From IMG/VR virus record IMGVR_UViG_3300032242_000862, positions 1 to 52,224 of that record: a stretch of DNA of 52,224 nucleotides, one strand, 5' to 3'. Positions 43,143 through 51,688 of the stretch are shown in pieces. Below the pieces are notes generated by a model. The model saw only the letters and a list, made by a program, of their open reading frames with translations, was not told the DNA's origin and did no database searches. Numbering within the stretch: position 1 is the stretch's first letter; each line of letters opens with the position of its first letter. The DNA is from a virus. Lineage: Duplodnaviria > Caudoviricetes. A program made the position numbers and the translations under genes.

Positions 43143-44213
43143 ATGGCTTACAGCGGAACGAGCGGAACTACAGTTGTCACGACTCAAAAATTCATTGACC
43201 AAGGTGCCCGTATGTCGGGTAAATTGGCCGAAGAATTGACCGTGGAGCAAGTGCAGTCTGCAAAACAGTCGCTGTTTTTCATTCTGTCCAATCTGATCAA
43301 TCAGGGCATCAACTACTGGGCCATCGAGAAGAAGGTCTACGGCCTCAATGCTGACCAGTACGAGTATTTGCTGCCCGTAGGTGGTAATGACGTTTTAAAC
43401 GCCTTGTATCGCCGTTTAAACCGTCCTACACCTGCTGCTGGTGGTGCTTACTTCTCCTCAAGTGGCGTGACCGGATTGGCGTTCGACAACAACGTCTTAA
43501 CCTCTGATGCTCAAACGGCCCCCAACGGCTACATCGGCATCAACTATGGTACGAACAATCCGATTTACGCTGGTTCAATCGGTATCTTGCCTGCCACTTC
43601 GGGCTCATTTCACATTTTGCTGGAATGGTCTCAAGATGGAACAACATGGACCACGCTCCAAGATACTGGTGTGACCACATGGGTGAGTGGCCAATGGCTC
43701 TGGTACGACATCGACCCCGGTGTCACTGCGCAGTATTACCGCATGCGCGAGACTGGTGGCAACACATTGAATGTGGCCGAATTTTATGTGGGCAACAATT
43801 CCACCGAAGTCACCATGGCTCGTTTGAACCGTGACGACTACACCAACCTGCCCAACAAAAACTTTACCGCCAATCAGCCGTACCAGTATTGGCTCAACCG
43901 CACAATCCCACAAGCCAAGATCACACTGTGGCCAGCACCATCTGATCCATTCGTTCAGATGACGATCTGGTACTCACGTCAGATCATGGATGTGGGCGAT
44001 CTGTCTGGTGAATTGGAAATTCCTCAGTACGCCTATCAAGCGATCCAATGCATGCTGGCTCACCAGATGAGCCTGATCTTGCCGGGTGTTGACTTGGCCA
44101 GAGTTGAGTACCTTGAGAAACAAGCTGACAAGTACTTCATCATGATGGAGAACGAAAACCGGGACAAGTCCCCGATTTACTTCGCACCAAACATCAGCGT
44201 ATATACGAGGTAA
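43143..44213 (+). CDS. Head-tail adaptor-like protein with an inserted discoidin (F5/8 type C)-like domain
   Basis: Helical N- and C-termini, DY..LPNK...P.QYW and LWPAP; central AFDNN, EWSQDGTTWTT and YYRM jelly-roll motifs. Confidence 0.6.
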   Translation: MAYSGTSGTTVVTTQKFIDQGARMSGKLAEELTVEQVQSAKQSLFFILSNLINQGINYWAIEKKVYGLNADQYEYLLPVGGNDVLNALYRRLNRPTPAAGGAYFSSSGVTGLAFDNNVLTSDAQTAPNGYIGINYGTNNPIYAGSIGILPATSGSFHILLEWSQDGTTWTTLQDTGVTTWVSGQWLWYDIDPGVTAQYYRMRETGGNTLNVAEFYVGNNSTEVTMARLNRDDYTNLPNKNFTANQPYQYWLNRTIPQAKITLWPAPSDPFVQMTIWYSRQIMDVGDLSGELEIPQYAYQAIQCMLAHQMSLILPGVDLARVEYLEKQADKYFIMMENENRDKSPIYFAPNISVYTR

Positions 44214-44215
44214 TC

Positions 44216-44560
44216 ATGCCAAGATTCCTCGATACACTGGGCAACGCATCGATTGCAATCTTTATTTGCGACCGTTGTCGCATGAAGCGTGCAATCGTTG
44301 AAGCGATGCCTGACCCCAACTTTCCCGGACTCAAGGTGTGCCAACAAGGTTGTGCAGATCAAAAAGACCCGTACAGGTTGCCTGCACGCAAGACAGAACG
44401 CATCAACTTGCAGTACCCTCGACCAGATGTCAGTGTGGCCGTTGAACCTTACGATATTGTCACTCAGCCTTATGGCGGTGAGATCTTGAGTACGACGCAG
44501 GATTCAGACTCAACAAGTAACGGCAACATCAGCATCATCAAAACACAGCCGAGTCCTTGA
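44216..44560 (+). CDS. Small Cys-motif structural-region protein (114 aa)
   Basis: ICDRC...GLKVC..GC.D..DP...PRPD motif. Confidence 0.65.
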   Translation: MPRFLDTLGNASIAIFICDRCRMKRAIVEAMPDPNFPGLKVCQQGCADQKDPYRLPARKTERINLQYPRPDVSVAVEPYDIVTQPYGGEILSTTQDSDSTSNGNISIIKTQPSP

Positions 44561-47380
44561 ATGTCATCACAAGTATCGATCACGCAACTTCCAAATGCCC
44601 TGCCACTGACAGGCTCTGAGGCTGTACCGATTGTCCAAAATGGGGTGACGGTCCAGACCACCACGGGCGCAATGGCTGGTGCTGGGGCATTGAACTACCC
44701 ATTTTTGATGGTAGGCACGACTGCGGGATTGACTCAGGCTCGTTATTTGTCCACTGGAACTGGTCTTTCATTGACAGATGGCGGCGTCGGTAACCAGTTG
44801 CGCATCAATTTAACGGCTGCGGCTCAGTCATTGAATTCAAGTCCAGTTGGCTTGCAGGTCAAAACCGACGCAAATACCCTCACAGGGCGCTCTTTAGAGG
44901 TCAGCAGTGGTCTGGGTATCAACAACCCCGACGGAGTGGCTGGAAACCCCCTTATATCGCTTGGAACCAACCTTGCCAACCTTGCTGCCTTGAGCGGTAC
45001 TGGTTTGGTGACCACAAATTCAGGCAATTTTTCGCAAGTGACATTGGCCGGGGTGTCTGGCCAAATTATTGTGACCAATGGAAACGGCCAGTCTGGCGCA
45101 CCAACATTCGGTTTGGCGACCACTGCGGTGACCGCAGGCACGTATTCATCAGCAACTTTTACCGTGGACGCCTACGGTCGATTGACTGCGGCATCCAGCG
45201 GTACAGCAGGCGGCGTGACCTTCTTCAGTGGCGGCACAACAGGCTTTACCCCGAACACACCGACTGCAGGATCAATCACATTGGGCGGCATTTTGGTGCC
45301 TGCCAATGGTGGTACTGGTGTTGCAACGGCCACAGCCAACTACGTTTTTGCAGGACCATCGTCTGGATCTGCTGCAGCACCATCCTTCAGGGCTTTGGTT
45401 GCTGGCGACATCCCCGCACTACCTTATGGCACTGGCACTGTGACTTCGGTGAGTGGCACAGGCACAGTCAACGGATTGACCTTGACTGGCACTGTGACGA
45501 CCTCTGGCAGTTTGACATTGGGCGGCACACTGAGTGGGATTGCCAACAGTGCTTTGACGAATTCTTCAATCACGATCAACGGATCGTCAGTGAGTTTGGG
45601 TGGCTCGATTACCGTCACAGCCACGGCCTCCAATGCCTTGACCATAGGCACTGGCCTGACGGGCACGAGCTACAACGGTTCTGCCCCTGTCACCATTGCA
45701 ATCGACTCAACTGTGGCCACATTGACGGGCTCACAAACGCTGACCAACAAGACCATCAGCGGGTCCAGCAACACCCTGAGCAACATTGGCAATTCATCGC
45801 TGACCAATAGCACGATCTCTGGCGTTTCTTTGGGATCAAACCTCTTTGCCTTGACTATCGGTACAGGGTTGTCAGGTACGTCATACAACGGATCTGGCGC
45901 AATCACTGTTGCAATTGACTCAACTGTTGCAACGCTGACAGGGTCTCAGACACTGACAAACAAGTCAATGTCAGGGTCAAGCAACACGTTCACCAACATC
46001 CCAAATTCTGCGCTGACCAACAGTTCATTGACCATTGGTTCAACCGCAATATCGTTGGGCGGCACGTCAACCACTTTGGCTGGCCTGACTTCAGTCACGC
46101 TGACGCAAGATCCTGTAGCAGCTTTGCAGGCGGCAACCAAGCAGTACGTGGATGCCGTAGCTTCAGGCATCAACTTTCACAATGCTTGCTACTATGCCAC
46201 GACCGCCGATCTTGGGTCGGTGACGTACAACAACGGTGCTTCTGGTGTTGGCGCTACGATAACGAACGCTGGCACTCAGGCTACTTTGGTGATTGACGGC
46301 CACACATTCACATCCACAGATGCAACAAATGCAGTGCGGATTTTGGTCAAGAATGAATCCAACGGTGCATACAATGGCATCTACACACTGACCAACCAAG
46401 GCTCGGTGTCCACAAACTGGGTTTTGACTCGCGCCACCGACTACGATTCGACAGGTTCTGGGACCAATGAAATTGACGCTGGTGACTTGGTTTTGGTGCT
46501 TTATGGCACGGCCAACGCCAATACATCATGGGTTCAGCAGACACCGCTGCCCATCGTTATTGGCACCACAGCGATTGTTTTTGTCCAGTTCGCCGCACCG
46601 ATTACATATACCGCAGGCACTGGCCTGACCCTGACAGGCACGACCTTCAGCATCACCAACACAGCAGTGACTGCAGGTGCTTACGGTTCGGCCACTCAGG
46701 TGGGCACCTTCACAGTCAATGCACAGGGTCAATTGACCTTGGCAGGCAACACCACCGTGACTCCTGCGGTCGGTTCAATCACAGGTCTTGGCACTGGTGT
46801 GGCCACTGCTCTGGCCGTTGGTGTTGGCACTGCAGGCGCTTTTGTCGTCAACGGTGGCGCTCTGGGAACTCCATCTTCGGGAACCTTGACCAACGCAACA
46901 GGCCTTCCCGTCTCAACTGGTATCAGTGGACTGGGGACAGGTGTTGCAACGGCTTTGGCGGTCTCTGTGGGCTCTGCAGGGGCTTTCGTGGTCAACGGTG
47001 GGGCATTGGGTACACCGTCTTCTGGAACGCTGACAAACGCCACAGGGCTCCCATTGACCACTGGCGTGACAGGAACCTTGGGTGTCAGCAACGGTGGCAC
47101 TGGGGTAGCAACGCTGACAGGCTTGGCCTACGGTAACGGCACCAGCGCATTCACAGCGGCCACGGCGGCGCAAGTGGTTTCGGTGATCGGCTCGACTGCG
47201 GTCACAAATGCAACAAACGCAACGAACACGGCCATTTCTGCTGCGTCATCTGGGGCAACAAATTACCTGACGTTTGTGACGGCGACTTCCGGAAATCTTC
47301 CACAATTGGTAAACTCATCAATAACCGCAAACGCAGCAAACGGCACCATCACAAATGGTATTGCTGGAGGCGCATTCTAA
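44561..47380 (+). CDS. Tail fibre protein 1 (939 aa, repeat-rich)
   Basis: SITQLP...G.E.VPIVQNG.T, VTAGTY...TVD.YGRLT.A, QTLTNK, AATKQYVD and RILVKN...NGIY...LTRATD motifs; NGGTG repeats. Confidence 0.85.
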   Translation: MSSQVSITQLPNALPLTGSEAVPIVQNGVTVQTTTGAMAGAGALNYPFLMVGTTAGLTQARYLSTGTGLSLTDGGVGNQLRINLTAAAQSLNSSPVGLQVKTDANTLTGRSLEVSSGLGINNPDGVAGNPLISLGTNLANLAALSGTGLVTTNSGNFSQVTLAGVSGQIIVTNGNGQSGAPTFGLATTAVTAGTYSSATFTVDAYGRLTAASSGTAGGVTFFSGGTTGFTPNTPTAGSITLGGILVPANGGTGVATATANYVFAGPSSGSAAAPSFRALVAGDIPALPYGTGTVTSVSGTGTVNGLTLTGTVTTSGSLTLGGTLSGIANSALTNSSITINGSSVSLGGSITVTATASNALTIGTGLTGTSYNGSAPVTIAIDSTVATLTGSQTLTNKTISGSSNTLSNIGNSSLTNSTISGVSLGSNLFALTIGTGLSGTSYNGSGAITVAIDSTVATLTGSQTLTNKSMSGSSNTFTNIPNSALTNSSLTIGSTAISLGGTSTTLAGLTSVTLTQDPVAALQAATKQYVDAVASGINFHNACYYATTADLGSVTYNNGASGVGATITNAGTQATLVIDGHTFTSTDATNAVRILVKNESNGAYNGIYTLTNQGSVSTNWVLTRATDYDSTGSGTNEIDAGDLVLVLYGTANANTSWVQQTPLPIVIGTTAIVFVQFAAPITYTAGTGLTLTGTTFSITNTAVTAGAYGSATQVGTFTVNAQGQLTLAGNTTVTPAVGSITGLGTGVATALAVGVGTAGAFVVNGGALGTPSSGTLTNATGLPVSTGISGLGTGVATALAVSVGSAGAFVVNGGALGTPSSGTLTNATGLPLTTGVTGTLGVSNGGTGVATLTGLAYGNGTSAFTAATAAQVVSVIGSTAVTNATNATNTAISAASSGATNYLTFVTATSGNLPQLVNSSITANAANGTITNGIAGGAF

Positions 47381-47389
47381 GGAAACGAC

Positions 47390-49033
47390 ATGGCACAAAG
47401 TGGATATACCCCGATCCTGATCTACGCAAGCGGTACGGCGTCAAACGTGCCATTGGCAGCAAACCTGACCAGCAGTGCTTTGGGTGCTGAACTGGCGCTG
47501 AACTACGCTGATGGCAAGCTGTTTTATAAGGACGGCAGCGGTAATGTGCAGGTGCTTGCATCCAAAGCAGGTAACGTCAACGTTTCATCTTTCAGTGCAG
47601 GTACAACTGGACTTACGCCAAACACCGCAACCACTGGCGCAGTCACATTGGCAGGCACATTAAACGTAGCCAATGGAGGAACGGGTGTTACAACTTCAAC
47701 AGGCTCTGGCAACAACGTGTTGTCCACATCGCCCACGTTGGTCACACCTATTTTGGGAACACCCACATCGGTGACTTTGACCAATGCGACGGGTCTTCCT
47801 TTGTCCACAGGTGTGACGGGTACGCTGCCAACAACCAACGGTGGAACGGGTCTAACATCCTTCACCGCTAACGGTGTGGTCTACGCAAGCTCCACAAGTG
47901 CATTGGCTACTGGGTCTGCTTTTGTATTTGATGGCACTAACGTAGGTATTGGGACAAGTTCGCCTTCTCAGAAATTGGATGTGTATTCCGCATCGGCCGC
48001 AAACGTAGCTTTGTTTAGGGCTGGTTCTGGTCAAAACTCATTTCTTTCCGTTATTGGTAATGGTAATTCTTTCTTGTCAACATCGTTTGACATGATTCAA
48101 GATACGTTAAATCAAGCGCAATTGGTTCAACGTGCTAATGCCCCAATGTTGTTTTTTACAAACAACACAGAACGGATGCGTATTTCTGCCGCTGGCAACG
48201 TAGGAATTGGAACAAGTTCACCAAGCGGCCCGTTAGAAGTATCTGCTGCAAACAGCATTGTATATTCAACTGGTACGGCTGGATATGGCGCATATTATGC
48301 GCGGGGAAGCGGAACAAATAACTCATATATTTTTATGGGTAATGCCACCAGTGGAGAGCAAGGCCGCATTACTGTTGAAAATGGCGGGGGAATGGCGTTT
48401 AGTAATACTTCATCTGCTACTGAACGGATGCGTCTTGACTCCAGTGGAAATTTGCTGGTGGGGACTACAAGTGCCGGTGCAAAATTTGTTGCATCACGAT
48501 CAGACAACGATGTAACTCATCGTATTTGGAACACTTTATCAAGTGGGACAACATCTGACGTTTCCCAAGTTCTTAGCGCTCAAGCTACAAGCACTTTGTT
48601 TTATTTACATCGTGGGTATACTAGTTCTGGCTCTACTGCTGTTTATGGATTTCGGGCTGATGGTCTTATTTATTCAGCTTACATTCTAGGCGGTGCAACT
48701 ACATTATCTACTGACGCATTTGGAAATATTATTCGCACCCCTTCAGATGCTGCGTTAAAAACCAACGTCCAACCAATTCAATATGGTTTAGATACGGTAA
48801 TGAAACTTAAACCCATTAAACACGATTGGGTTAAACACATCAATATGGGCGATTCGTCTATCGGTTTTATTGCTCAAGACATGGAATTGGAAGTTCCTGA
48901 AATTGTAACTGGTGCGGAATACAAGAGTATTGATTACCCTAAATTAACCGCTGTTTTAACCAAAGCCATTCAAGAACAACAAGCCCTTATTGAATCACTC
49001 ACAACCCGCCTCACGGCACTGGAGCAAAAATGA
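47390..49033 (+). CDS. Tail fibre protein 2 with C-terminal intramolecular chaperone (peptidase S74) domain
   Basis: N-terminal ELALN..DGKLFYKD; NVGIGTSSP/ERMRI repeats; SD..LK.N...GFIAQ...IDY.KL..VL.KAIQE. Confidence 0.9.
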   Translation: MAQSGYTPILIYASGTASNVPLAANLTSSALGAELALNYADGKLFYKDGSGNVQVLASKAGNVNVSSFSAGTTGLTPNTATTGAVTLAGTLNVANGGTGVTTSTGSGNNVLSTSPTLVTPILGTPTSVTLTNATGLPLSTGVTGTLPTTNGGTGLTSFTANGVVYASSTSALATGSAFVFDGTNVGIGTSSPSQKLDVYSASAANVALFRAGSGQNSFLSVIGNGNSFLSTSFDMIQDTLNQAQLVQRANAPMLFFTNNTERMRISAAGNVGIGTSSPSGPLEVSAANSIVYSTGTAGYGAYYARGSGTNNSYIFMGNATSGEQGRITVENGGGMAFSNTSSATERMRLDSSGNLLVGTTSAGAKFVASRSDNDVTHRIWNTLSSGTTSDVSQVLSAQATSTLFYLHRGYTSSGSTAVYGFRADGLIYSAYILGGATTLSTDAFGNIIRTPSDAALKTNVQPIQYGLDTVMKLKPIKHDWVKHINMGDSSIGFIAQDMELEVPEIVTGAEYKSIDYPKLTAVLTKAIQEQQALIESLTTRLTALEQK

Positions 49034-49359
49034 CCACTATCACTTGGATCATTGAATGGATGAACGCATCCACTACGGAAATCAACGGGCACACTGAAGT
49101 TGTGTTGACCGCTGGTTGGCGCTGCAACGGCACAGATGGAACATATAGCGGGACTGCTTACGGTTCATGCTCATTCCCTCAACCCGAGACTGGCGGGTCA
49201 TTTACGCCCTACGCCCAACTTACGCAAGACCAAGTCCTTGGCTGGTGCTGGAGTAACGGCGTTGACAAAACAGCAACTGAAGAAAACGTTGACGCCCAGA
49301 TTCAAAACCAGATCAATCCCCCGGTTATTCAACCGCCACTGCCTTGGACCACGGCATAA
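49030..49359 (+). CDS. Tail-fibre-associated protein (109 aa)
   Basis: Coupled to fibre 2; FTPY..LT...VL.W and C-terminal PLPW. Confidence 0.7.
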   Translation: MTTITWIIEWMNASTTEINGHTEVVLTAGWRCNGTDGTYSGTAYGSCSFPQPETGGSFTPYAQLTQDQVLGWCWSNGVDKTATEENVDAQIQNQINPPVIQPPLPWTTA

Positions 49360-49370
49360 TAGAAAAGGGA

Positions 49371-49394
49371 TGCCGCCACCCTACTTTGGCGGCA
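49371..49394 (+). promoter_or_regulatory. Intergenic 8-bp hairpin
   Basis: TGCCGCCA-CCCTACTT-TGGCGGCA, no U-tract, just upstream of an RBS. Confidence 0.45.
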
Positions 49395-49413
49395 AATTTC
49401 ATGGAGATGAAAA

Positions 49414-49575
49414 ATGGATGAAATCAAACTGAGCACAAACTTGATCAACGGTATTCTGCAGTACCTCGGTGGACGGCCATTCGTGGAAGTCACTGGCCTG
49501 ATCAGTGAGATTCAAAAACAAGCCTCAGAGCAGGGCGCACAAGCTGCCCCAGCACCAGAACCAGCGGCTGAGTAA
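49414..49575 (+). CDS. 53-aa protein (MDEIKLSTNLINGILQYLGGRPFVEV...), possible fibre assembly factor
   Basis: Translated by hand; GGAG RBS; N.IL.YL..RP..EV..LI motif. Confidence 0.7.
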   Translation: MDEIKLSTNLINGILQYLGGRPFVEVTGLISEIQKQASEQGAQAAPAPEPAAE

Positions 49576-49599
49576 GCCCAGTTGAGCGGAGATTGACCG

Positions 49600-49815
49600 A
49601 TGGAAGCCATTCACGAACTTGCAAACGAAACCGACAAGCGGTTGAGTGTTCACGAGGCAATCTGCGCTCAACGGTATGAAAGCATTCAAAGCCGTTTTGA
49701 TGATGGCTCCAAGCGCATGACCAAGATCGAGTACCTTCTGTACGTGGTGATTGCGGCTGTGTTGCTTGGCCCCGGCGTGGCCGCTGAGTTTGTCAAGAAA
49801 ATGATCGGCATATGA
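49600..49815 (+). CDS. Hemolysin XhlA-like / holin-like membrane protein (71 aa)
   Basis: HEAICAQRY coiled coil plus one C-terminal TM helix; start of the lysis region. Confidence 0.6.
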   Translation: MEAIHELANETDKRLSVHEAICAQRYESIQSRFDDGSKRMTKIEYLLYVVIAAVLLGPGVAAEFVKKMIGI

Positions 49816-49902
49816 CCTGAGCGCCCCAGCGTGAAAAGGCGGTGCTGGCAGACCATCGTATCAGGTCAACGTCTGCCATGAATAACTGCGAGGGAGGAGA
49901 AA

Positions 49903-50379
49903 ATGATTGATCCATCAGAAGCACTTGACGCGATTAACTCAGCAGTTAACCTTGTCAAAAAGGCGGCAAACACCGCCCAAAACGTAGAAAGCCTCGGCCC
50001 ATTTTTGGGCCGTTACTTCGACGCCAAGGTCAACGGTCTTCAAGTTGTGCTTGATGCCAAGAATGGCAACTTCAAGGGTTCGGCCATGGGAAAAGCGTTT
50101 GAGATCGAGATGGCGATTGAGCGCAATCGTCAGTTCGAGGAAGACGTAAAAAATAAATTATTTTTTCCTAACCACATGGACTTGTGGAACAGGATCAAAG
50201 CCAGAGCAAATGCGATGGAGGCCGAGTTTGCAAAGGCGGCAAAGAAAGAAAAAGATGCCGCCGCCAGAAAAAAGAAGGAAGCACAGGAGGCTCTTGAGAT
50301 TGTGCTTGGGTCACTTGCTGGCGTATTATTGATCGGCATGGTGGGCTATGGAATCTACCAGTTGAGGAATCATGGATGA
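49903..50379 (+). CDS. Coiled-coil protein with C-terminal TM helix (158 aa)
   Basis: GGAGGAG RBS; MIDP N-terminus; lysis region. Confidence 0.65.
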   Translation: MIDPSEALDAINSAVNLVKKAANTAQNVESLGPFLGRYFDAKVNGLQVVLDAKNGNFKGSAMGKAFEIEMAIERNRQFEEDVKNKLFFPNHMDLWNRIKARANAMEAEFAKAAKKEKDAAARKKKEAQEALEIVLGSLAGVLLIGMVGYGIYQLRNHG

Positions 50380-50521
50380 GATCGTCGAGGGCTTTAAAAA
50401 ATGGTTTCGGCTATTTTGCAAAGTCGCTTGCGTTTGGTGGTTTTTGGATTTTGTCTACGTTTTGCCTGAGCCACTTGCCCAAAGGGCGATGGATAAGGCT
50501 TTGAGTTTTTTACCATTTTGA
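50372..50521 (+). CDS. 49-aa membrane-associated protein
   Basis: Translated by hand: MDEIVEGFKKWFRLFCKVACVWWFLDFVYVLPEPLAQRAMDKALSFLPF; GAGG RBS. Confidence 0.55.
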   Translation: MDEIVEGFKKWFRLFCKVACVWWFLDFVYVLPEPLAQRAMDKALSFLPF

Positions 50522-50529
50522 GGTGCAGT

Positions 50530-50742
50530 ATGAATTTAAAAGGTATCGTCACAGTGATTGCCGCCTTGTCTTTGATGGGCGTGGTCAGTTGCATGATTTA
50601 CATGTTCCTGTTGGCCATTTATGACCCAACTGTGGACGACAAAATTGTCTTTGACATTGTTGGCCCAGCCTTCCAAACAATCGTGGGTGGCTTCATTGGT
50701 CTGATCACGGGCATCCATATCTCAGACAAGAAGGACGAGTAA
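50530..50742 (+). CDS. Holin candidate (70 aa, 2 TM)
   Basis: Two hydrophobic helices and a charged C-terminus; GAGGT RBS; upstream of spanins and endolysin. Confidence 0.6.
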   Translation: MNLKGIVTVIAALSLMGVVSCMIYMFLLAIYDPTVDDKIVFDIVGPAFQTIVGGFIGLITGIHISDKKDE

Positions 50743-51209
50743 TGTCCATCTTCAACCCATACGTCATTTTAGGTTTTGTGCTGGCGCTCATTGGTGCGTT
50801 CTTCACAGGCCACCACAAGGGCTACGCCGAGGCTGAAGCAGAACAGCAAGCCGAGATTGCGCGACTCAATGCTGAGGCCCGTGAGGTCGAGCATGTTATG
50901 ACGTCCAAGGTAAATGACTTATCAAACAAACTACAGAAGGCCAACAATGATGCAAAAGTTGAAATTGTTAAGCGCAACATGTCTATCGCTGATGGCACTC
51001 TGCGCTTGTCAATCCCCACCAAAAGCCCCCTATGTGCCGCCACAGGCTCCACCCCTGCCAGCGGAGATAACGAAACAAGAGCCGAACTTGAGCCAGCGTT
51101 TGCTCAAGCTCTTGTCGCCATCACAGACGATGGAGACGCCGCCATCAGAAAGCTCAATGCCTGCATCGACGCCTACAACACCATCCAAACCATGAAAGTT
51201 GAACAATGA
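50742..51209 (+). CDS. Rz: Rz-like inner-membrane spanin
   Basis: N-terminal TM helix, coiled coil, G.LRLS and GD.AI..LNAC...Y motifs. Confidence 0.85.
   Translation: MSIFNPYVILGFVLALIGAFFTGHHKGYAEAEAEQQAEIARLNAEAREVEHVMTSKVNDLSNKLQKANNDAKVEIVKRNMSIADGTLRLSIPTKSPLCAATGSTPASGDNETRAELEPAFAQALVAITDDGDAAIRKLNACIDAYNTIQTMKVEQ
50947..51195 (+). CDS. Rz1: Rz1-like outer-membrane lipoprotein spanin embedded in Rz (+1 frame)
   Basis: MMQKLKLLSATCLSLMALCAC signal peptide and lipobox followed by a Pro-rich mature part, fully nested in Rz. Confidence 0.75.
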   Translation: MMQKLKLLSATCLSLMALCACQSPPKAPYVPPQAPPLPAEITKQEPNLSQRLLKLLSPSQTMETPPSESSMPASTPTTPSKP

Positions 51210-51634
51210 ACCTTTCTGAACACTTCACATTGGAAGAACTGACCCATACCGACCACAGGGAGTTCGACAACACCCCAAACGAGGCCGAGAAGGCCAATTT
51301 AGAGCGTTTGGCAGCGTTTTTGGAGAAGGTCAAGGGGGTACTAGGGGGTAAGCCCGTAATGATCAACAGCGCCTTCCGTTGCAAACAAGTCAATGACGCC
51401 GTGGGTTCCAAGGACACCAGCCAGCACCGGATCGGTTGCGCGGCTGATCTGCGCATTCCCGGCATGACCCCTGATGAGGTGGTCCGGGCTGTGATTGCAT
51501 CGGATCTGCAGTTTGACCAGATCATTCGTGAGTTTGACCGATGGACACACATCAGCGTGCCCAACACGCCAGATGCCAAACCCCGTCGTCAGGCGCTCAT
51601 CATTGACAAGGCTGGCACCCGTCTGTTTGCCTGA
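51206..51634 (+). CDS. Endolysin, peptidase M15A family (Zn D-Ala-D-Ala peptidase fold)
   Basis: HFTLEEL, INSAFR...N.AVG, SQH..G.AAD and WTHIS motifs. Confidence 0.88.
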   Translation: MNLSEHFTLEELTHTDHREFDNTPNEAEKANLERLAAFLEKVKGVLGGKPVMINSAFRCKQVNDAVGSKDTSQHRIGCAADLRIPGMTPDEVVRAVIASDLQFDQIIREFDRWTHISVPNTPDAKPRRQALIIDKAGTRLFA

Positions 51635-51688
51635 CGCCTTGCCTGAATACTGACTCAATGGGAAAATACAACAAAATGAAGGACTGAC

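Noticed and set aside
45420-47100. Direct repeats as a CRISPR array or DGR template/variable repeats
   Set aside because: The repeats are in-frame protein repeats differing mainly at synonymous sites, not adenine-specific, and no reverse transcriptase is present.
48619-48625. TACTAGT as a fourth palindrome site
   Set aside because: Only a partial half-site, in an AT-rich coding region.
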